DNA of 32,000 bases, taken from the NCBI RefSeq assembly GCF_000179635.2, contig NC_014833.1, positions 1,140,001-1,172,000 of the forward strand. The letters are read 5' to 3'. Under the pieces are notes generated by a model. The model had not been told where the DNA came from and ran no database searches. It saw nothing but the letters and a program-made list of their open reading frames with translations. The stretch is from Ruminococcus albus 7 = DSM 20455 (GTDB taxonomy: Bacteria > Bacillota > Clostridia > Oscillospirales > Ruminococcaceae). The translations under genes and the position numbers were made by a program. Position 1 is the stretch's first letter. Each line of letters opens with the position of its first letter. Below are positions 9,702-18,991 of this stretch, piece after piece.

Positions 9702-10577
9702 TTAGCTATATATTTTATTATCTATAAAATGTTCTGCGGCGGCTTCATATAATTCCAATGCGGACAGGGATTGGCTATTTGAAAGTTCTTCATAAAATCT
9801 AACATATTTTTGCTGTTCATTAAAAAGCTTTGTATCCCCCATGATTTTTTTAAGGTAATACTCTGCTAATCCTTCAGTCAGATCCCATGTTTCAAAAAAC
9901 GCATCTATATTACCCGGAGCTTTAATTAACAGAAAAATTATAAATTCGTGTCCTATAAAATAAAAGGCATCTGTGTACGTTTTTTCTATACAAAACATAT
10001 CTTGTTCGTTTGAAATATTTATTGCCTCTGCACCGCCCGCAACTGATGTAACAAGAGTTGCTATAAAATACTCGTTTTCTAAATTACCTACAAGTCTTTC
10101 AGCTTTTTCGGTAAACGATGATCTTTCAAAAAGATCAAGTAACTCCGGTATGTATTGCTCTATTTTCTTTTTTTCGGATTCCCATATATTTTCAATGTAA
10201 TAGTCATAGTGCTTGACCATGATCTCTGAGATCTCAATAATTATCTCGGTATAAGGTATAAGTGCGCTCTCTATATTATCCGGAATATTGCCGTTGATAA
10301 TATCGTTGCCTAATTGTATCAATCCGCTATAATATTCCTTTGCCGAAACATAAGCACAGGCAGGCTGAGAAACTATTATGCCGAACAATATACCGCAATG
10401 CTGTCCTCCGCAAACAGTCAGCAGGTCTTCATTTTTTTTGATCACAGACAGATCCTCCGGAGGATATATTTCACGATATTTTGCACCATATTCGTTATCG
10501 TAACCGCACTTTGCGGTCGATAACATATGAAAGACATAATTTGTATCTTTATTTGCAGCAAAGCGTATTTTGTTCAT
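9702..10577 (-). CDS. Hypothetical cytoplasmic protein (291 aa) with no family I can recognise
   Basis: Long ORF with an AAGGAG Shine-Dalgarno, its own exact consensus promoter and a downstream terminator. It is visibly more AT-rich than its neighbours. Motifs noted are CGGQHCG and a degenerate HExxH-like GHEFII. Confidence 0.7.
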   Translation of the reverse strand: MNKIRFAANKDTNYVFHMLSTAKCGYDNEYGAKYREIYPPEDLSVIKKNEDLLTVCGGQHCGILFGIIVSQPACAYVSAKEYYSGLIQLGNDIINGNIPDNIESALIPYTEIIIEISEIMVKHYDYYIENIWESEKKKIEQYIPELLDLFERSSFTEKAERLVGNLENEYFIATLVTSVAGGAEAINISNEQDMFCIEKTYTDAFYFIGHEFIIFLLIKAPGNIDAFFETWDLTEGLAEYYLKKIMGDTKLFNEQQKYVRFYEELSNSQSLSALELYEAAAEHFIDNKIYS

Positions 10578-10618
10578 TTTTATTTTCTCCTTACAAATTC
10601 CGGTTTATATTCGTAACA

Positions 10619-10647
10619 ATTATAGCATAGCATTGCTGCATTGTCAA
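10619..10647 (-). promoter_or_regulatory. Exact consensus sigma-A promoter for the 291-aa hypothetical gene
   Basis: The minus strand reads TTGACA, a 17-nt spacer, TATAAT (plus-strand TGTCAA at 10642-10647 and ATTATA at 10619-10624). Confidence 0.7.
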
Positions 10648-10693
10648 TAAAAACGCTATAGTACTTCTGACTGTAAATCAGAAATACTATGGC
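10648..10693 (-). terminator. Orphan minus-strand intrinsic terminator immediately upstream of that promoter
   Basis: 16-bp stem (10655-10670 / 10678-10693, with one mismatch and one G-U pair) and a 7-nt loop. On the minus strand it is followed by GTTTTTATT. No annotated minus-strand gene feeds into it. Confidence 0.55.
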
Positions 10694-10815
10694 TTAAAAC
10701 TTCTATATGAGTATCTTTCTTATGGTGCCGACAATACTTTTTTGGTATGGCTCTGCAGAGATGAGTACAATAAAATGTACGACATACATCGATATTATCC
10801 AACATGATACGTGTC

Positions 10816-10844
10816 TTTACTTTTTCTGAGGTATGTGATATAAT
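10816..10844 (+). promoter_or_regulatory. coaBC promoter
   Basis: TTTACT at 10816-10821, a 17-nt spacer, TGaTATAAT at 10836-10844. Confidence 0.55.
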
Positions 10845-10918
10845 ATAAAGCGGAAAACGGATCGTTGGTATATTGAACGATCAGAGCTATTATTGCCGTG
10901 ATGTAAGGAGAGAATGTT

Positions 10919-12109
10919 ATGATATTACAGGGTAAATGTGTTGTTATCGGAGTTACAGGTTCTATAGCAGCCTATAAGATACCGAATCTGGCGCGTATGC
11001 TGAAAAAACAGGGGGCAGATGTTGAGATACTTATGACCCCTAATGCTTGCAATTTCATACATCCATTAACTTTTGAAAGTCTGCTGGGGCATAAATGCCT
11101 GGTGGATACGTTTGACAGAAACTTCCAGTACTCTGTGGAACACGTTGCTGTTGCAAAAAAGGCAGATGTTGTAATAATTGCTCCTGCTTCGGCAAATGTT
11201 ATAGGTAAGGTGGCTTCGGGTATTGCTGATGATATGCTTACAACTACAGTAATGGCGTGCACCTGTCCAAAAATAATCTCACCTGCTATGAATCACAATA
11301 TGTTCCATAATCCCATAGTACAGGATAATATTGAAAAACTTCGCGGATACGGCTATAGTATTGTTGAACCCGCAAGCGGTATGCTTGCTAACGGTGACAG
11401 CGGTGACGGAAGGATGCCCGAGCCTGAGGTCCTGTACGAATACGTGCTGCGCGAGATAGCCTGCGACAAGGATATGAAGGGCAAAAAAGTTCTTGTTACA
11501 GCAGGTGCTACCCGTGAATCAATTGATCCTGTGCGGTTCATCACTAATCATTCCAGCGGTAAAATGGGTATCGCCCTGGCTAAGGCTGCGATGCTGAGAG
11601 GTGCAGACGTTACCCTTGTGGCAGGTCATACAGAGGCTCAGCTTCCGCCTTTTGTAAATTATATACCTGTGGAAAGTGCGGAGGATATGTTCAATGCTGT
11701 AACGCAGCTGTCCGATAAACAGGACTTTATTATCAAGGCAGCAGCCGTAGCCGATTATACTCCAACGACAACAGCAGATAATAAGCTTAAAAAGTCGGAT
11801 AAAGATATGGTGATCGAGCTCAAACGCACAAAGGATATACTAAAATATCTTGGAGAACATAAGCGTGAGGGACAGAAGATATGTGGTTTCTCAATGGAAA
11901 CCGAGAATGTTATAGAGAATTCGTCCAAAAAACTTCACAGCAAAAATTGCGATATGATATGTGCTAATTCTTTGAAAACTGCAGGCGCAGGCTTTGGAGT
12001 TGATACAAATGTAATAACAATGATTACAAGGGAAGGTTCTGAAGAACTACCGCTGATGACAAAGGAAGAAGCTGCACATAAGATCCTGGATAAACTGATG
12101 GAAATGTAA
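10919..12109 (+). CDS. coaBC: Bifunctional phosphopantothenoylcysteine decarboxylase / phosphopantothenate-cysteine ligase
   Basis: N-terminal flavoprotein domain (GVTGSIAAYK, PAMNHNM) plus a C-terminal CoaB domain (ITNHSSGKMG, KAAAVADY). Confidence 0.93.
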   Translation: MILQGKCVVIGVTGSIAAYKIPNLARMLKKQGADVEILMTPNACNFIHPLTFESLLGHKCLVDTFDRNFQYSVEHVAVAKKADVVIIAPASANVIGKVASGIADDMLTTTVMACTCPKIISPAMNHNMFHNPIVQDNIEKLRGYGYSIVEPASGMLANGDSGDGRMPEPEVLYEYVLREIACDKDMKGKKVLVTAGATRESIDPVRFITNHSSGKMGIALAKAAMLRGADVTLVAGHTEAQLPPFVNYIPVESAEDMFNAVTQLSDKQDFIIKAAAVADYTPTTTADNKLKKSDKDMVIELKRTKDILKYLGEHKREGQKICGFSMETENVIENSSKKLHSKNCDMICANSLKTAGAGFGVDTNVITMITREGSEELPLMTKEEAAHKILDKLMEM

Positions 12110-12120
12110 AGGAATATCTT

Positions 12121-14226
12121 ATGAAAAGAATACAGATATTTGAAAACGGTATAAACGTTGTATTTGAAATAACCGACAGGCAGGAGATCAGGCTGTTACA
12201 CTTTTCGGCACTGCCGTTTGATGAAAGCACAATGACTTCAAGAACCGGCAATTCGGGATTCAGCCTTGTTGAACTGCAGGTGAGCGGTATAGACAGGGCA
12301 GGAGAACGTCATGGCAATAAGTATATCATTACGGCACCCGGATATCGCATGAAATATAAGGATCTTAAAGACACGAATAATGCGATCGGACGTAAGCTTG
12401 AAATAATATGTTATGATGAAGAAACGGGTCTTGAAACTGTATCACATATGCAGTTCTATTCGGGTACATCCGTTGTAAGGACATGGACCGATGTCAACAA
12501 TTGCGGTACTGAAAAATGGACAATTGAATATGTATCGTCATTTTCCGTGACGGGTATTGAAAAGGAAGGGCTGCTGTCACAGGACGAGAAGATGCGGATA
12601 GGCATCTGCCATAACTCATGGCAGAGAGAGCTTCAGTGGCAGTTCTACAGCCTTGAACAGGTAGGACTCGGGCTGTCGCAGCCTGCTGGTTTTCAGCATT
12701 CTTCCAAGGTGCTTGGTGTGACAAATGTTGGTAACTGGTCGGCTAAGGAGTATATCCCCATGGGGTATCTTGAAAACACTGAAACCGCATCAGCGATGAT
12801 GTGGCAGATAGAGCATAACGGCTCGTGGCACTGGGAGATCTCTGACCGAGAGGGACATTTGTATCTGCAGCTTTCGGGACCATCGGAGATAGAATCACAT
12901 TGGTCTAAGGAACTGGAGCCCGGAGAAAGTTTCAGATCTGTATACTGCGGAGTATGTGCAGTAAAAGGCGGTTTTGATGAAGCTGTAGCAGAAATGACGA
13001 GGTACAGGCGGCTTATAAGACGCAAAAACCGCGATAATATGCGGCTGCCTGTAATATTCAATGATTATATGAACTGTCTTTGGGCTGACCCCACTACAGA
13101 AAAAGAACTGCCGCTGATAGATGCTGCGGCTGAAATGGGATGCGAATATTTTTGCATTGATGCAGGCTGGTATGCAGACGGTGTATGGTGGGACTGGGTC
13201 GGTGAATGGCAGGAAAGCAGGAAAAGATTCCCGAATGGTCTGCGTGAGGTCACTGACTATATCCGCAAAAAAGGTATGATACCCGGTGTGTGGCTTGAGA
13301 TCGAAGTTATGGGTATAAAATGCCCTATGGCAGATGAACTTCCTGATGAATGGTTTTTTGTAAGACACGGAAAAAGGGTGTTCGACAGAAGCAGATACCA
13401 ACTGGATTTCCGCGTACCTGCGGTGCGTAAGCACTGTGATGAGGTGATAGACAGACTGGTGCACGAATACGGTGTAGGGTACATAAAAATGGACTATAAT
13501 ATCGAGCCGGGCATAGGTACGGAAAACTGTTCCGACAGCTTCGGTGATGGTCTGTTGGAGCATGAGAGAGCCTATTTAGCGTGGCTTGACGGCGTTTTTG
13601 AACGTCACCCGAAGCTTATTATCGAAAATTGCTCCAGCGGTGGTCTGAGGATGGACTATGCTTTGCTTTCACGATGCTCGATACAGTCCACTTCGGATCA
13701 GGATGATTATCGGAGATATGCGACTATTGCTGCTAACGCTCCTACGGCGGTGTGTCCGGAACAGGCTGCCGTGTGGTCTTACCCGCTTACTTCGGGTGAC
13801 AAAGAAGAGGTCGTATTCAATATGGTGAATGCGATGCTTTTACGTGTCCATCAAAGCGGACACCTTGCAAATCTTGATCCTGAACGAAAGGCTCTTGTCA
13901 AAGAGGCGCTTGATGTTTATAAAACTATAAGGGACGATATTGCGTCGGCTGTACCTTTCTATCCATTGGGAACATCAAGCTTTTCTGATAACTGGACAGT
14001 TCTTGGTCTGCGTACTGATGACAGGATATATCTTGCGGTATGGCGCAGGGAAGGGACGCAGAACTGTATCATTCCCGTCGGTGATGTTTTTGATGATGCA
14101 GAGGCAAGGTGCATATATCCTTTATTTAACGAGGAAAAATTTGCTTATGATACAATAAAAGGGACTCTTTCTGTGTGCTTTGATAATGCTTACACTGCAC
14201 GCCTTTTTGTATTGGAAAAGAAGTAA
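12121..14226 (+). CDS. Alpha-galactosidase, glycoside hydrolase family 36
   Basis: About 700 aa with GH36-type catalytic motifs: YIKMDYN (KxD nucleophile region) and ENCSSGGLRMDY (CxxGGxRxD). Also FCIDAGWY. Confidence 0.8.
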   Translation: MKRIQIFENGINVVFEITDRQEIRLLHFSALPFDESTMTSRTGNSGFSLVELQVSGIDRAGERHGNKYIITAPGYRMKYKDLKDTNNAIGRKLEIICYDEETGLETVSHMQFYSGTSVVRTWTDVNNCGTEKWTIEYVSSFSVTGIEKEGLLSQDEKMRIGICHNSWQRELQWQFYSLEQVGLGLSQPAGFQHSSKVLGVTNVGNWSAKEYIPMGYLENTETASAMMWQIEHNGSWHWEISDREGHLYLQLSGPSEIESHWSKELEPGESFRSVYCGVCAVKGGFDEAVAEMTRYRRLIRRKNRDNMRLPVIFNDYMNCLWADPTTEKELPLIDAAAEMGCEYFCIDAGWYADGVWWDWVGEWQESRKRFPNGLREVTDYIRKKGMIPGVWLEIEVMGIKCPMADELPDEWFFVRHGKRVFDRSRYQLDFRVPAVRKHCDEVIDRLVHEYGVGYIKMDYNIEPGIGTENCSDSFGDGLLEHERAYLAWLDGVFERHPKLIIENCSSGGLRMDYALLSRCSIQSTSDQDDYRRYATIAANAPTAVCPEQAAVWSYPLTSGDKEEVVFNMVNAMLLRVHQSGHLANLDPERKALVKEALDVYKTIRDDIASAVPFYPLGTSSFSDNWTVLGLRTDDRIYLAVWRREGTQNCIIPVGDVFDDAEARCIYPLFNEEKFAYDTIKGTLSVCFDNAYTARLFVLEKK

Positions 14227-14313
14227 TAGCTTCTTTCAGCTGTATAGCTGAAAACTGTGACCGTTCATCGGTCAGATATTGCTGTGTTTTGTTATGGACA
14301 GAAGGGAGAAAAT

Positions 14314-15648
14314 ATGGACATTAAAATACCGCGATATGTAACTGCGGTCATAGAAATACTTGAACAGAACGGATATGAAGCTTATATCGTCGGGGGCTGT
14401 GTGAGAGATGCGATGATGGGTGTTGAACCCCATGATTACGATGTTTGCACTGATTGTACCCCTGATGATATGGTGAAAATATTCAGTGGATTCCACACCA
14501 TTGAAACGGGACTGAAACATGGTACGCTGACGGTAATGTCAGAGCATATGCCTGTAGAGGTCACAACGTATCGCAGCGACGGGGAGTACACCGATCATAG
14601 AAGACCCGATTCGGTAAAATTTGAAACTGATCTTAAAGAAGATCTGAAACGCAGGGATTTTACTGTAAATGCGATGTGCTTTAATCCCAAAAATGGTACA
14701 GTTGATCTTTTCGATGGCAGAAATGATCTTAATGAAAAGGTCATACGATGCGTCGGTAACGCAGAGGACAGATTTGATGAAGATGCGTTGCGAATTATGC
14801 GAGCGCTCAGGTTTGCATCGACTCTTGACTTTCGGATAGAAGAATATACAGCTGCAGCTATGAGAAAAAAATCCCATCTGCTGAACGCAATTTCTGCTGA
14901 ACGTATATTTTCAGAGCTTAAAAAGCTTCTGTGCGGTAAAGCTGTATGCAGGATAATGTTGGAATATTCCGATATAATCGGTGTTATACTTCCTGAGATC
15001 ATCCCGTGCATAGGATGTGAACAAAACAATATACACCATTGTTACGATGTTTACGAGCATATCTGTCACAGCATCAAATACATTGAAGCTGATGAAGATC
15101 TGCGCCTGACTATGCTTTTTCACGACATCGGCAAACCGCAGAAGAAAGTCACCGATGATGATGGTGTCGATCATTTCAAGCTGCACCAGCTTTGCAGCGG
15201 TGATATCGCAGAAGCTGTTCTTACACGTCTTAAAAGCTCTAACAAGACTTTAAAAAGGGTGAGATCCCTTGTGATCGAACACGATAACAGGATATACCCG
15301 AAACGTCGTTCTGTCAAGAGATTTATTTCAAAATATGACCATGAGTTTTACGTGGATTGGCTGAAAGTGCGAAGAGCGGATACTCTGGCTCAGTCAGAAT
15401 ATATGAGGGCTGAAAAACTGGCTGAACTGGATCAGCTGGAAAAGCTTGGCGAAGAGATCAAAGAAGAAATGTGCTGTCTTAAAACATCAGACCTTGCGAT
15501 CAATGGTCACGATGTGATAGCGCTGGGATTCAAAGGTGCAGAGATAAAAAATGCACTGAATGCTGCTCTTGATGCGGTTATCGACGAAGTGATCGAAAAT
15601 GAACGTGATGCCCTGCTTGGTTATCTGAAGGAGAATTTCAATGCATAG
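14314..15648 (+). CDS. cca: CCA-adding tRNA nucleotidyltransferase with HD domain
   Basis: GGCVRDAMMG..HDYDV polymerase-beta head motif, RDFTVNAM, and HD motif LFHDIGKP. Start placed at the ATG at 14314 after a GGGAG Shine-Dalgarno; the tracked start at 14257 lacks one. Confidence 0.9.
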   Translation: MDIKIPRYVTAVIEILEQNGYEAYIVGGCVRDAMMGVEPHDYDVCTDCTPDDMVKIFSGFHTIETGLKHGTLTVMSEHMPVEVTTYRSDGEYTDHRRPDSVKFETDLKEDLKRRDFTVNAMCFNPKNGTVDLFDGRNDLNEKVIRCVGNAEDRFDEDALRIMRALRFASTLDFRIEEYTAAAMRKKSHLLNAISAERIFSELKKLLCGKAVCRIMLEYSDIIGVILPEIIPCIGCEQNNIHHCYDVYEHICHSIKYIEADEDLRLTMLFHDIGKPQKKVTDDDGVDHFKLHQLCSGDIAEAVLTRLKSSNKTLKRVRSLVIEHDNRIYPKRRSVKRFISKYDHEFYVDWLKVRRADTLAQSEYMRAEKLAELDQLEKLGEEIKEEMCCLKTSDLAINGHDVIALGFKGAEIKNALNAALDAVIDEVIENERDALLGYLKENFNA

Positions 15649-16135
15649 CCGAACTTTTAATTATTTGAGATGGGCGGCTCTGATCGCCTTCTGTATTGTA
15701 ATATTTGTTTTTTCGAGTTTTCGTGCGGACGAATCAACTTCGCAAAGCAACAGGATAGTTGATGCTATCATTGAATTTGTTTTCACTGATTTTGAGCATA
15801 AGCCGCTGCCTGAACAGGCAGCTGTTACCTCTTTGCTTACGGTGCTTGTTAGAAAAGGCGCACATTTCAGTGAATATGCTCTGCTTGCCAGTCTGGCTTT
15901 TATGGCATTTTATGGTATAAAAAGCAGTTTTCTCAGATGGTTCAGCGCTGTGGGATTTGCGTTCTTATATGCTTGTTCGGATGAATTTCATCAGACCTTT
16001 GTGCCGGGGCGTTCGGGTATGATCCGTGATGTGATAGTAGATACTTCGGGGGCTGTATTCGGGGCTTTGATAGCGTGCTTTATCGCTGTATTTCTTACTG
16101 CACGAAGTATCATTAAAAACTATAAAAATATGTGA
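15641..16135 (+). CDS. VanZ family membrane protein
   Basis: Motifs KGAHFSEYALL and DEFHQTFVPGRSGMIRDVIVDTSGA, with 4 TM segments. It overlaps the cca stop by 8 nt. Confidence 0.8.
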   Translation: MHSRTFNYLRWAALIAFCIVIFVFSSFRADESTSQSNRIVDAIIEFVFTDFEHKPLPEQAAVTSLLTVLVRKGAHFSEYALLASLAFMAFYGIKSSFLRWFSAVGFAFLYACSDEFHQTFVPGRSGMIRDVIVDTSGAVFGALIACFIAVFLTARSIIKNYKNM

Positions 16136-16157
16136 TATAACTTATTTTTCCGGTTTT

Positions 16158-16186
16158 GCGCCTTGTGTTTATAAGGCGCTTTTTTT
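16158..16186 (+). terminator. Rho-independent terminator of the coaBC..vanZ unit
   Basis: GCGCCTT (16158-16164) pairs with AAGGCGC (16173-16179), followed by a run of seven T. Confidence 0.85.
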
Positions 16187-16294
16187 GTACATCGGATCAT
16201 ATATGTTATAAAATTTTGTTATGATTATCTCACATGAAATAATGTCTGGAATTGTATGATGTGCACATTCTTTTTGCTGTATTAACTGCATTTA

Positions 16295-16323
16295 TTGACA
16301 TTTAATATTGTTTGTTATATAAT
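16295..16323 (+). promoter_or_regulatory. Exact consensus promoter of the GGDEF-EAL gene
   Basis: TTGACA at 16295-16300, a 17-nt spacer, TATAAT at 16318-16323. The tracked TTG start at 16312 lies inside this promoter. Confidence 0.65.
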
Positions 16324-16356
16324 AATAGTAGGTTTAGAAAGTGTGGTGTCGGCATT

Positions 16357-18345
16357 ATGGGTAAATTTAATGTGCAGACTATTTTCAAGGCGGTTCAGAG
16401 AGGGACTGGTCTGGAAAAGCACAGTGAGTATGTCAAGGATTACTTCTTTGATGCAAATATGAGAGCCAGCATATATATGTCGATAATGGTTATTGTGCTT
16501 GAGGTCTGGATGATAATCAGGACGACACGAACACTGATCATCAATGATCTGATGGGGAAGTTTGGCCATTATTTTGAAAAATACTACATAAACTATATCA
16601 TTCTTCTTCTTGCGGGTATCGTCATGTTTGTTTATGCCACCCGCTACCTGCGCCGCGGTAAAGGCAGAAAATGGCTTGGAAATCTGATAAAACTGGCATT
16701 CTCGGCTATATGTATATATTTTGGTATCAAGATATCCATACAGGATTATCAGAAAGGCGAGCAGATACTTACTTTTTTAACTATGGAGCTGTTTGTTGTA
16801 TGCCTTCTTACATGGCGGCCGTGGGTCGGTTTTTCAATACTCACTTCGTCTTATGCGATATTCTTTTATATACTCTCACGTATGGAAGCTCCGAATACGG
16901 GGGAGGTCGGGTTAACACTGGCTACGCAGATCAATGGTTTTACTATGTGGCTGTCGACTATGGTCTTCTGCGTTTCAAATTATAATAAAACGCTTTCTCA
17001 GGCATTGAAGGATGAGCGACTTGAAAAGATGAACTCTCACCTTAGACGCATATCTGTTGAAGATGAACTTACCGGTATACATAATATGCTGTATTTCAGG
17101 AATGAGGCTGAAAAGCTTCTCGGTTATGTTACCACCGACAAGGAGAATGCGGTATTCCTGTTTTTTGACATTGAGAATTTCAAATCTTTCAATGAAAAAT
17201 ACGGTTTTCGCAGCGGAAACGAACTGCTGAAAAAGGTAGCACATATGATAGAGGATGCCTACCCGAATTCGCTGGTATCCAGGTTTTCGGATGATCATTT
17301 CGTGGTGCTGACCCATGCTGATGGATGTCGGGAAGCTGCTGACAAGCTTTCCGAAGAGATCAGCTCTCTGCAGAATGAAGTTCATCTGCAGCTTAAATGC
17401 GGCGCATATCAGATCACGAATGATGAAACAGATCCCAGCCTTGCTTGTGACAGGGCAAGATTTGCCTGCAACAGCATAAAGAAACACTTTGATGACAATT
17501 TCAGATTTTACGATAAGATGCTGGAGGATAAATTCCAGCTGAAGCAGTACATTGTTAATAGTATCGATAATGCTATAGCAAACAACCATATAAAGGTGTA
17601 CTATCAGCCTGTGGTATCTACGCGAACAGGAGAGATAGTCGGGCTTGAAGCGCTTGCCAGGTGGATCGATCCAAGGTACGGTCTGCTGCCGCCCGGTGCT
17701 TTTATAGAGATACTTGAGGAATACAGACAGATACACAAACTGGATATCTGTATCATAGATACGGTGTGCCGTGATTATCGTGAAGCCTGCGAGAGTGGTG
17801 AAGTGGTAGTACCGGTATCACTTAACTTTTCAAGGCTTGATTTTGAACTTTGTGATATCGTTAAAGAGCTTTCATACAGGGCTGAAAAATACGGAGTGCC
17901 AAAGGAATTCCTTGATGTGGAGATAACCGAGAGCGCACTTGTAGACAGTCAGGGCGCTATGAAGAAAGCCATGGCAGAACTTCGTGCGTTAGGATATAAG
18001 GTTTGGCTTGATGACTTTGGAAGCGGATACTCTTCAATGAATGTTCTGAAGGATCACAGTTTTGATGTATTGAAGATAGATATGAAATTCCTTTCGGGGT
18101 TTGATGAAAATCCCAAGACAAAGCTGATAATCAACAATATTGTGGCACTTACCAAGGAGATAGATATGATATCTCTGACAGAGGGTGTTGAAACTAAGGA
18201 GCAGTTTGAATTTCTTGCTTCTATCAACTGTGACAGGGCGCAGGGCTATTTGTTCAGCAAACCTGTACCTATTGAAAAACTGCGTGAGCGTGCTGCAAAA
18301 GGAGAGTTGAAATTCTCCGAGGAATACAGACTACTGCACCTATAA
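16357..18345 (+). CDS. Membrane-anchored c-di-GMP phosphodiesterase: multi-TM N-terminus, degenerate GGDEF domain, intact EAL domain
   Basis: The GGDEF position reads RFSDDHF, and GHxxGD reads GFRSGN. EAL motifs are intact: GLEALARW, VSLNFS, VEITES, LDDFGSGYSS, LKIDMKF, EGVET, QGYLFSKP. Start set to the first ATG downstream of the promoter; its Shine-Dalgarno is weak. Confidence 0.85.
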   Translation: MGKFNVQTIFKAVQRGTGLEKHSEYVKDYFFDANMRASIYMSIMVIVLEVWMIIRTTRTLIINDLMGKFGHYFEKYYINYIILLLAGIVMFVYATRYLRRGKGRKWLGNLIKLAFSAICIYFGIKISIQDYQKGEQILTFLTMELFVVCLLTWRPWVGFSILTSSYAIFFYILSRMEAPNTGEVGLTLATQINGFTMWLSTMVFCVSNYNKTLSQALKDERLEKMNSHLRRISVEDELTGIHNMLYFRNEAEKLLGYVTTDKENAVFLFFDIENFKSFNEKYGFRSGNELLKKVAHMIEDAYPNSLVSRFSDDHFVVLTHADGCREAADKLSEEISSLQNEVHLQLKCGAYQITNDETDPSLACDRARFACNSIKKHFDDNFRFYDKMLEDKFQLKQYIVNSIDNAIANNHIKVYYQPVVSTRTGEIVGLEALARWIDPRYGLLPPGAFIEILEEYRQIHKLDICIIDTVCRDYREACESGEVVVPVSLNFSRLDFELCDIVKELSYRAEKYGVPKEFLDVEITESALVDSQGAMKKAMAELRALGYKVWLDDFGSGYSSMNVLKDHSFDVLKIDMKFLSGFDENPKTKLIINNIVALTKEIDMISLTEGVETKEQFEFLASINCDRAQGYLFSKPVPIEKLRERAAKGELKFSEEYRLLHL

Positions 18346-18380
18346 GACGATTTGATGAAAAAGACATAAAAGGAGACAAC

Positions 18381-18941
18381 ATGATAAATGATATTTTTGA
18401 TGAGCCTCTGGTGATCGAATGCGATAATATCAGGCTCAGACCCATAATGGAAGAAGATGCGGATGATCTTTACGAGATATTCTCAGATGATCAGGTGATG
18501 AAGTACTATGACCTTATGCCGCTGAAAAACCGCGATGAGGCAGACAGTCTTGCGAGGATGTTCATAAGAAGCCTTAAAGACAGGTCTATGGTGCGCTGGG
18601 GCATAGAGGAAAAATCCAGCGGAAAGCTCATTGGTACCTGCGGTTTTTTCTGTATCTCGGAACTGAACAAAAAGGCTGAGCTGGGTTATGAACTGAGGCG
18701 TGATCGCTGGGGCATGGGGATAATGTCCGAAGCATTGAGCGCTGCTATGAGGTTTATTTTCACAAAAACGGATATCAACCGCGTTGAAGCATTTGCAGAA
18801 GTACCGAATGTGGCATCTATGAAACTGCTGGACAAGCTGGGCTTTGTGAATGAAGGTACACTTCGCCAGTATGAAAGATGCAGGAATGCTCTGATAGATG
18901 TAACGATATGGAGCTATCTCAGGATAGACGGAAAATATTAG
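18381..18941 (+). CDS. GNAT family N-acetyltransferase (RimJ/RimL-like)
   Basis: Motifs WGIEEKSSGKLIGTCGF, WGMGIMSEAL and NRVEAFAEVPNVASMKLLDKLGFVNEG. AAGGAG Shine-Dalgarno, 35 nt after the preceding gene. Confidence 0.85.
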   Translation: MINDIFDEPLVIECDNIRLRPIMEEDADDLYEIFSDDQVMKYYDLMPLKNRDEADSLARMFIRSLKDRSMVRWGIEEKSSGKLIGTCGFFCISELNKKAELGYELRRDRWGMGIMSEALSAAMRFIFTKTDINRVEAFAEVPNVASMKLLDKLGFVNEGTLRQYERCRNALIDVTIWSYLRIDGKY

Positions 18942-18955
18942 TATATCATATATAA

Positions 18956-18990
18956 AAGGCACTTCCTTTTGCGGGAAGTGCCTTGTTTTC
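18956..18990. terminator. Bidirectional terminator between convergent genes
   Basis: Perfect 11-bp stem AAGGCACTTCC (18956-18966) / GGAAGTGCCTT (18974-18984), T-rich on both flanks. Confidence 0.85.
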
Positions 18991-18991
18991 G

